This document shows, one piece after another, positions 28,270 to 37,421 of a stretch of DNA of 64,000 nucleotides (position 1 is the stretch's first letter; the number at the start of each line of letters is the position of its first letter). Made by a program: the position numbers and the translations under genes. This DNA is from a bacterium (GTDB lineage Bacteria; Patescibacteriota; Patescibacteriia; UBA2169). The notes beneath the pieces were generated by a model, which worked only from the letters and a program-made list of their open reading frames with translations, was not told the origin of the DNA and did no database searches. The stretch lies in the NCBI GenBank assembly GCA_002687895.1, contig NZBL01000003.1:20821-84820 (forward strand). Reading direction: 5' to 3'.

Positions 28270-29319
28270 TTAAGAAGAAAGCACCATGCTTCCAATTGAT
28301 TCAACTTCGCGCAATAAATTAGAATCATCCAATAAAATTCCTGTTCCCCGAACAACTGTTGTTAAAGGATCATCTACCACATGAACAGGCATTTGCAGCT
28401 CTTTTGATATTAAGGAATCAAATCCTTTCAAAAGCGCTCCTCCTCCGGAAAGCAGAATTCCGCTTTCATACAGATCTCCTATAAGCTCGGCAGGCGCGTT
28501 TTCTACTGTTGTGCGGACCGCGTCTACAATTACTCCAACAGGCCTTTTTATTGCTTCTCTTATTTGCTCATCTGTAATTTCAAACTCCTTAGGCAGGCCA
28601 GTTAGCATGTTTCTGCCTTTTACTTTCATCTCGTGCGCTTCATCGCTAGCTACAACAGATCCAATCTTAATTTTGATTTCCTCTGCTGACTTTGAGCCTA
28701 TTGTAATGTTAAAATTCTCTCTTATATAATCCTGTATCGCGCTGTCAAATTCATGTCCTGCTGTTTTAAGGGAATTATAAGAAACAATTCCAGACAAGGA
28801 AATAACCGCGATTGAGGTATTGCCTCCTCCTATTTCCACCACCATTCTGCCGTATGAATCCTGCAGATTCAGCCTGGCTCCTATGGCTGTTGCAACTGGC
28901 TCGTCTATAAGGTGAACTTCGCGCGCGCCTGCGTTGGTAATTGCGTCCTGAACTGCTTTGCGCTCTACCTCTGTAATATCCAAAGGAATGCTTACAATTG
29001 TGCGCGGGCGAGGAGCTATGGTAAACGATCCTCTGTGTATTTTTTCTATGCAGTGCTTTATCAGTTTTTCTGATACTTCAAAATCTGAAATCACTCCATT
29101 AACAATAGGGCCGACCACAGATATATGCGGAGGTGTTTTGCCCATCATTTTTTTCGCGTCCACTCCAACAGCAACCAGTTGATCGCTCCTTGTATTGATT
29201 GCTACAATGCTTGGCTCATTAATAACAATACCCTTATCTTTTACGTAAAATATTGAATTTGAGGTGCCAAGATCAATTCCAATATCTTTTGAAAGGCTTC
29301 CAAATATATTTTTTAACAT
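28270..29319 (-). CDS. mreB: Rod shape-determining protein MreB (operon copy)
   Basis: IGIDLGTSN, EIGGGNT, GILLSGGGALL. Confidence 0.95.
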   Translation of the reverse strand: MLKNIFGSLSKDIGIDLGTSNSIFYVKDKGIVINEPSIVAINTRSDQLVAVGVDAKKMMGKTPPHISVVGPIVNGVISDFEVSEKLIKHCIEKIHRGSFTIAPRPRTIVSIPLDITEVERKAVQDAITNAGAREVHLIDEPVATAIGARLNLQDSYGRMVVEIGGGNTSIAVISLSGIVSYNSLKTAGHEFDSAIQDYIRENFNITIGSKSAEEIKIKIGSVVASDEAHEMKVKGRNMLTGLPKEFEITDEQIREAIKRPVGVIVDAVRTTVENAPAELIGDLYESGILLSGGGALLKGFDSLISKELQMPVHVVDDPLTTVVRGTGILLDDSNLLREVESIGSMVLSS

Positions 29320-29325
29320 AGTCCT

Positions 29326-30432
29326 CTATCCTATCACTGCTTTCCAAATTCGTCCACCAAAACGCACAATATCCCTATATGTTATTACAATTGCCAAAAG
29401 CATAAGAAGTACAAATCCGATTCTATGAAACCATGCCTCAATTTCGCGTCTTCCCTTTTTCCCCCTTATCTTTTCCGCGAATAAGAATATAAGCCTTCCT
29501 CCGTCTAACGCTGGAAAAGGAAGTATATTTATTATTGCCAGATTAAAAGATAATACTGCAGTAAAAATAATTACATGAGAAAATCCTAAATCAAGAACAT
29601 CATTAGTTGTTACAGCAATAGCAACAGGCCCTCCAACGCTTCCCGCGCCCTGGCCCTTGAACAGGCCGCTGATGATATTTGCGAACGCAACAGCTATTCT
29701 TTGTATATAGCCTATTGTGGATGTTGTTCCTGCAACAATTGCCTTGTGCACAGGAAATCTAACTGTTCCTGATTCGCTTAAGCCTACGCCTATTATGTGC
29801 CTGTTTTCATCTATATCCTGCATAATTTCTGGCGTAATATTTGCTGTGTACTGCTCTTTTGCGCGTTCATATACAATTATAGATTCTTGCCCTTGTTTTG
29901 AATCAGTAAATTCCTGAAAAGGATCAATATCTGTGAACTGATTACTGTCTGCTGATATAATCCTGTCTCCTATTTCTAGGCCCGCGGCCTGTGCTGGTGA
30001 ATTTTCCAAAACTTCTGTAATAAGCAAATGCGGATCATATATATATTTAGCATCAATATCGCTTGTGCGCTCAATTGGCGCGCCTGCCATAAATAATATT
30101 ACAAGCAACAGCCAGCCTGCCACAACATTCATGGTAACACCAGCGCATACAACAGCAACCCTTTGGTAAACAGGCTTTGAACCAAAGCTATCCTCATCTT
30201 CCTCCTCATTCTCACTGTCTTCGCCTTTTATTTTTACATATCCGCCAAGAGGTATGCTGTTTATGGCGTACTTGGTCTGCCCAACCTTTTTGGCGAATAT
30301 TTTTGGGGGAAATCCTATTCCAAACTCCTCAACCGCTATTTTGCTCCATCGTGCAACTAAAAAATGACCCAGTTCATGAACCAGAACCAGGAAGCCTAAA
30401 ATTACTATAAAAGCGATTATGGTTAAAGCCAT
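29326..30432 (-). CDS. rseP: RIP metalloprotease RseP
   Basis: HELGH, PLGGYV, PDZ domain, NILPFPALDGG. Confidence 0.95.
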   Translation of the reverse strand: MALTIIAFIVILGFLVLVHELGHFLVARWSKIAVEEFGIGFPPKIFAKKVGQTKYAINSIPLGGYVKIKGEDSENEEEDEDSFGSKPVYQRVAVVCAGVTMNVVAGWLLLVILFMAGAPIERTSDIDAKYIYDPHLLITEVLENSPAQAAGLEIGDRIISADSNQFTDIDPFQEFTDSKQGQESIIVYERAKEQYTANITPEIMQDIDENRHIIGVGLSESGTVRFPVHKAIVAGTTSTIGYIQRIAVAFANIISGLFKGQGAGSVGGPVAIAVTTNDVLDLGFSHVIIFTAVLSFNLAIINILPFPALDGGRLIFLFAEKIRGKKGRREIEAWFHRIGFVLLMLLAIVITYRDIVRFGGRIWKAVIG

Positions 30433-30974
30433 TATAATGTCATTATTTCTTTTTCTTTTTCTTTTGCGAGATTATCCATATCATCTGCTGCCTTTTTTGT
30501 GTCTTCATCAAGACTTTTGATTTCATCTCTTTTGTCATCTTCTGTTAAATTTCCTTGCTTTTCTTGGGACTCTATGCTCTTTTTTTCTTCTTCGCGCGCT
30601 TTTCTTATTCCTACTTTTGCCTGTTCTAATTCTTGGTTCATTGATTTAACAATTTCTTTTCTGCTTTCTTCTGTCATCTCTGGAATATTTATTCTAATTC
30701 CCGAGCCATCCACAGATGGGGCTAAATTCTTTTCACTAGCAATAATGCCCTTTTCTATGTCTTTTACTATGCTCTTATCCCATGGCTCTATTAGTAGAGT
30801 TTTCGCGTCCTGCACTCCTATGCTCGCAAGCTGGCTTAAAGGAGTTTTTGAACCATAAGCTTCTATCTCAATATCAGAAACTAGGGCCGGGCTTGCTCTT
30901 CCTGTTCTAATATTTTTTAAGTACTCGGAAAAACTGCTTTGAATGGCTTTTGTCTTATCATTAAAATTTCCCAT
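30432..30974 (-). CDS. frr: Ribosome recycling factor
   Basis: IRTGRASP, PEMTEESRKE, KEKEIM. Confidence 0.97.
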   Translation of the reverse strand: MGNFNDKTKAIQSSFSEYLKNIRTGRASPALVSDIEIEAYGSKTPLSQLASIGVQDAKTLLIEPWDKSIVKDIEKGIIASEKNLAPSVDGSGIRINIPEMTEESRKEIVKSMNQELEQAKVGIRKAREEEKKSIESQEKQGNLTEDDKRDEIKSLDEDTKKAADDMDNLAKEKEKEIMTL

Positions 30975-30977
30975 AAT

Positions 30978-32015
30978 TTATCTGGCTAAGCTTACTCCCA
31001 AATACAGCAGATCAGGATTTTCCGGATGGATCTTAAGCTCTGTTGCTGTTCTTGTTGTTGGAAGCATCCGGGGTATCCAATTAAATCCTCCGTCAATTGA
31101 GTGGTAAAGCGTTGATCTTGTTCCATATGTTACTTCTAAAGGATTCACCGGGTCAACTACCAAGGAATATATATTAGCATTGTGCGACCCAGAAATCAAC
31201 GGCAATTCTACCCAGTCTTTGCCATGGTTCAAACTTCGCAATAATCCAAACGCGGACGCATACACAACTCCAGAAGGCACAAGAACAAAATCGCGCCCAT
31301 CATCTGTTCCCGCAAATTCGGTAAAAGCCTCATCAAAAAATTCCCAATTTTTTCCTTCATCTAAGGATCTAACTAACCCTTTTCCTTTTACTAATGCATA
31401 TATTGTTTTTTGAATAGTTGGATGAAATTCCATATCAGTTAGCACAACACTGCCCAAGGACGAATATATCCTCCAAAAAGTGCCACTATCTTCTGATATT
31501 AATATATCTCCTGAATCTGTCGCAGCCAAAAGAATGTTAGGATTATTAGGATTAAGCACTATGCTTGTAATTAATATTGATGAATCATCGCTTGTGTAAA
31601 TAGAGCGCCAATGTATTCCCTGATCCCCTGAAACCACGATCGTGCTTCCAATTGCAGCGTATATAACTTTTGGATTGTCTGGATGTATGGCAATATCCGT
31701 TATATGCATGTTTGATAGTATCAAATCCCAAAAATGCCCTTTGTTCCAGCTTACCCACAAGCCTGCACGATCGCTTATGGCAAATACTTTATCAGGATCA
31801 TCTGAAGAAAATATAATCTCTTTTATATCAATTGATCCAATTGTTTTTTTAGATGTTCTGTCAGCAAAAATTGTTGATCTATGCTCCCAGGTCTCGCCTT
31901 TATTTTGGGTTACCCAAACTCCTCCATCTGCTTCTGTCTGAACTGCTCCTGGAGTGCATGCCGCGCCTAAAAACACTAATAATGCGGCAATTGATAATAA
32001 TTTTGTTTTTGTCAT
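30978..32015 (-). CDS. BNR/Asp-box beta-propeller lipoprotein (YCF48/sortilin-like)
   Basis: Lipobox LGAAC; repeated S-x-D-x-G-x-x-W boxes. Confidence 0.85.
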   Translation of the reverse strand: MTKTKLLSIAALLVFLGAACTPGAVQTEADGGVWVTQNKGETWEHRSTIFADRTSKKTIGSIDIKEIIFSSDDPDKVFAISDRAGLWVSWNKGHFWDLILSNMHITDIAIHPDNPKVIYAAIGSTIVVSGDQGIHWRSIYTSDDSSILITSIVLNPNNPNILLAATDSGDILISEDSGTFWRIYSSLGSVVLTDMEFHPTIQKTIYALVKGKGLVRSLDEGKNWEFFDEAFTEFAGTDDGRDFVLVPSGVVYASAFGLLRSLNHGKDWVELPLISGSHNANIYSLVVDPVNPLEVTYGTRSTLYHSIDGGFNWIPRMLPTTRTATELKIHPENPDLLYLGVSLAR

Positions 32016-32719
32016 ATAGATATAATAGATTGCTCTGCAACCAATTGCCAATTTTGGCTGATTGGCCTGCTTAGGGAATCTAAAAGTATTCTAATGGCTT
32101 TTGAAAGCTTTTTTGAATGATGCTTAAGAAGCTCTGCGCGCAATACAGGGATTAATGATTCTATCCAATCTTGAATATGCTCCTTTTCTACTCCAGCCTC
32201 TAGCCATACTCTCATTCTTTGGTTGCTTGAATCTTCTTTAAGAATATTTTGAATTAGTGAATTATCCTGATTTTCTGATTCTATAACAGGCTTTCCACTG
32301 AAATAGAATGGCACTGTTCTTGAATATATTGTGGGCAGAACTTGATCTTTGTGATTTATAAGCAGAAATATGTATGTATTTTTTGCTGGCTCTTCTAAAA
32401 TTTTCAAAAACGCATTCTGCGCTTCTGTGTTCATTGCATTTGCGCTGTTTATGATAAGCACTTTTTTGTCTGAACTAATAGGCGTCTGTGCTAGCCATGA
32501 TCGTGATTCACGGATTTTATTTATGCTTATAATGCTCTTTTCTGGAGAAATTGACCTTATGTCTGGATGATTTAAATCTTGCGACGGTACAAAATCAATT
32601 AAAAATGATTTTAACAACTCTGTTCTTCCTATGTTTCTAGCTCCAATAAAGCTATACGCATGGCTTAATGTTTTATTATTAGCGCAATTTTGTAAATATA
32701 ATAAAATCTGTTTCTGCAT
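32012..32719 (-). CDS. holB: DNA polymerase III delta' subunit-like protein
   Basis: SHAYSFIG, HPD, AQNAFLKILEEP, PTIYSR. Confidence 0.85.
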   Translation of the reverse strand: MQKQILLYLQNCANNKTLSHAYSFIGARNIGRTELLKSFLIDFVPSQDLNHPDIRSISPEKSIISINKIRESRSWLAQTPISSDKKVLIINSANAMNTEAQNAFLKILEEPAKNTYIFLLINHKDQVLPTIYSRTVPFYFSGKPVIESENQDNSLIQNILKEDSSNQRMRVWLEAGVEKEHIQDWIESLIPVLRAELLKHHSKKLSKAIRILLDSLSRPISQNWQLVAEQSIISI

Positions 32720-32762
32720 AACTTCATTATACATAAAATTGATTGATTGCGTCAAATTTTGT

Positions 32763-32796
32763 AAAAAAATGGCCGAACACTTTGTTCAGCCATTTT
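32763..32796. terminator. Intrinsic terminator of the minus-strand mini-operon
   Basis: AAAAAAATGGCCGAACA-CTT-TGTTCAGCCATTTTT. Confidence 0.8.
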
Positions 32797-32816
32797 ATAA
32801 ACTGCTATAGTCGCTT

Positions 32817-33071
32817 TTAGTAGTATTTTTCTTGGGGTCTTCGTTCTGGCCAAATTCTCCTGTTTCCGCTTCCTCCTCCGCGTTTTCTGCATTCATGTTT
32901 AGCATCAAATTCATCAACACCTTGTACCAAAAGAAAGCCAGTCTCACCTCCCCACAGAGTTGATATCACTTTTCCACTACTCCCAACTACTTCTCTTTCC
33001 TTTGAAGATAATTCCTTATCAACAAATTCTTCTGATACCAAAACCCCCCAGTTGTATTCATTAGTCTTCGT
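32817..33071 (-). CDS. Small hypothetical protein (84 aa) with ACG at the expected start position
   Basis: GGAGGT-N5-ACG AAG ACT AAT GAA TAC AAC TGG..., open to 32817. Confidence 0.5.
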   Translation of the reverse strand, partial: TKTNEYNWGVLVSEEFVDKELSSKEREVVGSSGKVISTLWGGETGFLLVQGVDEFDAKHECRKRGGGSGNRRIWPERRPQEKYY

Positions 33072-33267
33072 GGCCTACCTCCTTTTCGCCAACTTGCTCT
33101 ATACCTGTCGCATTATATTTCTTAGTACTAAGAAGTTCGTTAGGTTTCTCGACAGCTTCCTCATATGTCAGATTCGGTTCTGAAAGTCGTTTTGGATCTG
33201 CGTCTGGTGCTGCACCTTTTTCTACGACAACCACAACAAAGGTGCAACCAGGAAATAATGAATACAT
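33061..33267 (-). CDS. Small hypothetical protein (68 aa), first gene after the attenuator
   Basis: SD AAAGGAG 7 nt before ATG; MYSLFPGCTFVVVVVEKG... Confidence 0.65.
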   Translation of the reverse strand: MYSLFPGCTFVVVVVEKGAAPDADPKRLSEPNLTYEEAVEKPNELLSTKKYNATGIEQVGEKEVGHED

Positions 33268-33296
33268 AGCAATACTCCTTTCTTAAATGAACAATT

Positions 33297-33375
33297 AAAA
33301 AACCCTAGCTCGTGCTAGGGATATGTTGAAAAAATTATTCAAATCAAACTTCCCTAGCCTGAGCTAGAGGAGGAT
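33297..33375 (-). promoter_or_regulatory. Transcription attenuator (terminator/antiterminator)
   Basis: Minus strand: TCCTCTAGC(1)-TCAG-GCTAGGGA(2)...TCCCTAGC(3)-ACGA-GCTAGGG(4)-TTTTTT; alternative 1:2, 2:3 and 3:4 pairings. Confidence 0.85.
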
Positions 33376-33422
33376 GAAACTGCCAGTACTTTTGACAATT
33401 GATATGTTTGAATATTTTTCAT
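33354..33422 (-). CDS. Ser-rich attenuator leader peptide MKNIQTYQLSKVLAVSSSSSSG
   Basis: TCA TCC TCC TCT AGC TCA just before the stop; ATG 10 nt after the -10 box. Confidence 0.8.
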   Translation of the reverse strand: MKNIQTYQLSKVLAVSSSSSSG

Positions 33423-33432
33423 ATCTAGTATT

Positions 33433-33461
33433 ATTATAGAGCCATGAACTTTATATGTCTA
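33433..33461 (-). promoter_or_regulatory. Sigma70 promoter of the Ser leader
   Basis: TAGACA-N17-TATAAT on the minus strand. Confidence 0.8.
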
Positions 33462-33520
33462 TATCATCTTGTTAATAACTAAATTGACTTAAATTAAAAC
33501 TATTATATTATTAATATAAT

Positions 33521-33571
33521 ATAATAAAGCAATTAGCCAAGAACTACTCCTTTTTCTTCATTTTCACCTGA
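33521..33571 (+). promoter_or_regulatory. Phe-rich leader ORF (pheL-like) without a canonical start
   Basis: ATA ATA AAG CAA TTA GCC AAG AAC TAC TCC TTT TTC TTC ATT TTC ACC TGA (IIKQLAKNYSFFFIFT*), followed by hairpins and a PDT-like gene. Confidence 0.55.
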
Positions 33572-33637
33572 TTAGGATCAGTTTTTGATTAGCGTTGGAG
33601 CAAATTGCTCCTTTATAACCAACCCAAGGGGGAGGAG

Positions 33638-34315
33638 ATGTCAGATAATAACGGATTTGTAATACATGAGCCTAATAAGTTTTCCAAATTCATTAAAGAT
33701 GAGCTGAATATCCCATTTAAAATCGCAATACATGGCTTGGAGAATTCTTTCTCAAGCCTGGTGACTAGAAAAGCCTTGGAAAGCATTGGGCTTTCTTTGG
33801 GATATGATGCTATTCCTGTTTATTCAAAATCCGCGCGCAATACAGTAAACGAGGTAATGAACAGGAAAATTTCACTTGGCGTTGTTGCTTCAATAAACAA
33901 TAACGTGGGATTTGTTGATGAAACAAGGCAGGCTTTTTTAGATAATGGCGGCACAATGCTCTGTATAACCTGCTGCACGCTTGAGATAGAGCAATGCTTG
34001 ATCGCGCATCAAAGCATTGTAGATATCAATCAGGTATTAGCTATAAAAGCCCACCCAATGGCGCTTAGGCAGTGTTTAGAAAAGTTATCGCACAAATATC
34101 CTCATATTAAACTGCTTGACAGTTCTAATGAGGACGACACTGCAAAATGCGCATTGGACATAGCAAGCGGCATTGTGCCATCAACAACCGCAACCCTGGC
34201 CTCTGAAGAAGTAATACAAGGAGATGCCAGGATTAAATGCATAAAAAAAAGAATGGAGACAAGGCATCCGAACATTACCACCTTTCCCATATTTATGAGT
34301 TCCCCCCTACCATGA
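33638..34315 (+). CDS. Prephenate dehydratase catalytic-domain homolog (no ACT domain, divergent motifs)
   Basis: IAIHGLENSFS, GVVASINN, HPMALRQC, DTAKCA, NITTF align with PDT motifs; G-rich SD before ATG at 33638. Confidence 0.8.
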   Translation: MSDNNGFVIHEPNKFSKFIKDELNIPFKIAIHGLENSFSSLVTRKALESIGLSLGYDAIPVYSKSARNTVNEVMNRKISLGVVASINNNVGFVDETRQAFLDNGGTMLCITCCTLEIEQCLIAHQSIVDINQVLAIKAHPMALRQCLEKLSHKYPHIKLLDSSNEDDTAKCALDIASGIVPSTTATLASEEVIQGDARIKCIKKRMETRHPNITTFPIFMSSPLP

Positions 34316-34323
34316 GGAGTCAA

Positions 34324-34368
34324 CAAGAGCCCGGCTTGGTCTAAACCTTGCTGGGCTTGCTTTTTTTT
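34324..34368 (+). terminator. Intrinsic terminator
   Basis: AGCCCGGC...GCTGGGCT followed by TGC and a T-run; second hairpin AACGTTCCA/TGGAACGTT at 34369-34393. Confidence 0.75.
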
Positions 34369-34391
34369 AACGTTCCATACGGTGTGGAACG

Positions 34392-35405
34392 TTAACTCGC
34401 GACTAAAATACTGCGCTTATATGATTCAAGATTCTCCAAGGCAACTCCAGTGCCTTTTGCAACGCATAACAATGCCTCATCAGCAGTATAGGCTGGAACA
34501 CCAGTTGCCTGCGCAATTAAGCGATCCATATTTCTGAGCAAAGATGATCCGCCTGATAAAACTATGCCTTTATCAATCACGTCTGCAGATAATTCCGGAG
34601 GCGTGCTTTGCAGTACTGTTTTAACAGATGAAATAATTCCTTCTAGTTCAGCTTGAATAGCTTCTGTTACGTCGTCTGATGAGACAGTAACTGTGCGCGG
34701 TAATCCAGATACCATGTCTCGGCCCCGTACTTCTGTTGACATCTTTTTCTGGAGATATAAGGCAGAGCCAATGTTGATTTTAATTTCTTCCGCGCTTCGC
34801 TCGCCTATTGCTAAATTATATTTTTTACGTATATGCTCGCTAATCGCGTTGTCAAACCTATTGCCTCCAATCCTGACTGAATTATTTGCAACAATTCCGC
34901 CTAAAGAAATAACTGCCATTTCACTTGTGCCGCCGCCCATGTCTATTATCATATGCCCGCTTGCTGATCCAATTGGAATGTTAGCGCCGATTGCTGCGGC
35001 TATTGGCTCTTTTATAATATAAGCTGCTTTTGCGCCACCAGCGATTGTAGCATCAATGACTGCGCGCCTTTCTGTTGAAGTAATTCCAGCTGGAACAGCT
35101 ACCATGACTTCTGGCCTGAATAACCTAACTGATCCAACTGCCTTGTTGATGAAATACTTTAGCATTGCTTCTGTTGTTTTGTAATCAGCAATCACACCCT
35201 CGCGCAAAGGGCGTGACGCCACAATAGTATCAGGTGTTCTTCCAAGCATTTCTTTGGCATCATCTCCAACTGCAAGCACTTGCTTGTCATTCAAAGAAAC
35301 CGCAACAACAGACGGTTCATTCAAAACAATGCCTTTTCCAGGCAAATGAACCAATGTGTTTGCTGTTCCAAGATCTATACCAATTTTATTTACAAATATA
35401 CTCAT
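34392..35405 (-). CDS. mreB: MreB/Mbl actin homolog (second, stand-alone copy)
   Basis: IGIDLGTANT, VPAGITSTERRA, IDMGGGT, GIVLSGGSSLL. Confidence 0.95.
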   Translation of the reverse strand: MSIFVNKIGIDLGTANTLVHLPGKGIVLNEPSVVAVSLNDKQVLAVGDDAKEMLGRTPDTIVASRPLREGVIADYKTTEAMLKYFINKAVGSVRLFRPEVMVAVPAGITSTERRAVIDATIAGGAKAAYIIKEPIAAAIGANIPIGSASGHMIIDMGGGTSEMAVISLGGIVANNSVRIGGNRFDNAISEHIRKKYNLAIGERSAEEIKINIGSALYLQKKMSTEVRGRDMVSGLPRTVTVSSDDVTEAIQAELEGIISSVKTVLQSTPPELSADVIDKGIVLSGGSSLLRNMDRLIAQATGVPAYTADEALLCVAKGTGVALENLESYKRSILVAS

Positions 35406-35489
35406 AGTTTGTTCATCTTACCAGAAGTTGCTTGTTAGTCAACCAAAAAATACCTTACAAGTTAATAGTAAGGCCACTTAATAGCTTAA

Positions 35490-37421
35490 TTACTTGGATT
35501 GTATAAGAACCTCGCGATCCTCCCCTAAATCCCAGGTTCCAGTAATTTGATTTCCTCCTTTTTTGTCAAAAATATCGCTTGGAATTATGCTGTCAATTTT
35601 AAATGGCAACTCAATATCAATTACTAAATCATGCGCACGAGTTCCTGCCTGTTTTTGAATATATAATCTATATCCCTCTTCTAAAATCTGCTGTGTTAAT
35701 TCTTGCGGTAAAATATATGTAAATGACAAAGTCTCCGTATCCAAAGGCTCAATAGAGATGAACGTGCCAAAAACTGTTTTATTATGCTCATCCGTGATAG
35801 CTAGCTCTTCCTCATTCCCCTCTGCGCTTACAAATATTGAGCCTTGGGGAACATAAATCCTAGTATAAGTTCTATACCGAGTTGTTTTCCAGTCAAAATC
35901 AGCTGTATGTTCATATGTAATTGAGGCCGTAGCTTGGAGCTGTATATCTTCTAATGATTCAGATTCTTCACCTACTGTCTCTATGGAATATGAAATTGAA
36001 CGGTTGATTGCTGGATCAGATTTCAAAGACCCTAAGTTAGCATCAACTATATGAAGATAATCGCCTTTTGCGCCTAAAATTCTTCCATCCCACTTAAAGC
36101 CCGCAACAATGTCACCTACTTTTTCATCGCTAAAGTAGAACATTATTTGGCGCTCGCTTAAAGCATCAAAAACCAAAGGAGCAAAATCGCGCATTTGATC
36201 TAATGATAATGAGAATAATTTTTCTTTTAACTGCTGTGCCACATCATCAATAATCTGCTTTCTGTTGTAAATGTTAACGCCCTCTTCTTTAAAGCCAAGC
36301 TCAACATGGTATGCTAAAGTATCAATAAGATTATCTGCTGTAAATTCTTTTTCATCAACATATACTGGACCTACCACTTGCAGAAGATCCTCTATTAACT
36401 CTGGAGTAAAAGCGATCACCCCGTCAAAATTGCGCACTGGGCCTCTTTCATCTTTATAAAATTGAATCGCGTTTTGGGCAGTTGTAGGAAAATCCGGATC
36501 CCAGTTCACGTCGCGGAAAAACCATTGCGACTGCTTTATATATTTTTGCAAAGGCAAAGGCGGAACTTTTGTATTAAATGCTTTTGCTGGCTCATCAAGA
36601 TTATATACATTGTCAGTAATAAATGATGAGATTTCACCGTTCCTGACCTTTAGCACTCCATATGTGCCAATGAATCCGCCTGTTGGCCGAAGTTCTGTAT
36701 TGTTCTGTAAAAGCAAAAGATAGGTCTTTTCGCGAGGATGGCCAAGCACTTGCGGCGCAACTGCAATCCAGGGCTGTATTTGGCTGAACAATGACTGTGC
36801 TTGATATAATTTTGATGTAAGATTATTAACTTGTGAATTTATGATTGGAATCTTTGTCTGTGCTTGCGCGTCTTTTAAAAATGATAAAGATAATATTGTT
36901 TGATTATTCACGCGCTCCCAAAGTTCGCTTGAATCAGCTAAAGAAGCAAGCAAGGTTGATTTGTCTTGTACTGTGAGCTCATCAAATGCACCAAACTCTG
37001 TTTCAGATAAAATTGGAATTGTTTTTGCCCAGTCAATTACCAGTGCGCCAGACGCGATTGAAACCTTTGCGGCCGCGAGCAATGATCTGCTAGCTTTTAC
37101 TTCTCCAGATATTCCAGGAATTAAAGTAATTGGATACAAGCGGTTAATAGTGCTTTCCAGCTCCTTGATATTTGTATTTACGCTATTTAAAATTTCTTTG
37201 GATTGATCCCAATCCCTGTTTACTAATGATTCTTGCAAAGGCTGAACTAATTTGGATATTTGGCGCGCGTTTCTATACGCGTCTATTGCTTGATATCCGT
37301 AAAAAATAATTATTAAAGCAGCAACTATAATTGTAGACCACATTATATGGTCCTTTTGGGGCAATGCTTTTATAAAAGCATCTTTCCATGTGCTTTGAAA
37401 TGGATTTTTTAACTCACTCAT
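35490..37421 (-). CDS. DUF4012 domain membrane-anchored protein
   Basis: YLLLLQNNTELRPTGGFIG, RDVNWDPDFP, ANLGSLKSD motifs. Confidence 0.85.
   Translation of the reverse strand: MSELKNPFQSTWKDAFIKALPQKDHIMWSTIIVAALIIIFYGYQAIDAYRNARQISKLVQPLQESLVNRDWDQSKEILNSVNTNIKELESTINRLYPITLIPGISGEVKASRSLLAAAKVSIASGALVIDWAKTIPILSETEFGAFDELTVQDKSTLLASLADSSELWERVNNQTILSLSFLKDAQAQTKIPIINSQVNNLTSKLYQAQSLFSQIQPWIAVAPQVLGHPREKTYLLLLQNNTELRPTGGFIGTYGVLKVRNGEISSFITDNVYNLDEPAKAFNTKVPPLPLQKYIKQSQWFFRDVNWDPDFPTTAQNAIQFYKDERGPVRNFDGVIAFTPELIEDLLQVVGPVYVDEKEFTADNLIDTLAYHVELGFKEEGVNIYNRKQIIDDVAQQLKEKLFSLSLDQMRDFAPLVFDALSERQIMFYFSDEKVGDIVAGFKWDGRILGAKGDYLHIVDANLGSLKSDPAINRSISYSIETVGEESESLEDIQLQATASITYEHTADFDWKTTRYRTYTRIYVPQGSIFVSAEGNEEELAITDEHNKTVFGTFISIEPLDTETLSFTYILPQELTQQILEEGYRLYIQKQAGTRAHDLVIDIELPFKIDSIIPSDIFDKKGGNQITGTWDLGEDREVLIQSK

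Noticed and set aside
28270-35405. Two mreB paralogs as a novelty
   Set aside because: Multiple MreB/Mbl copies are commonplace, including in CPR
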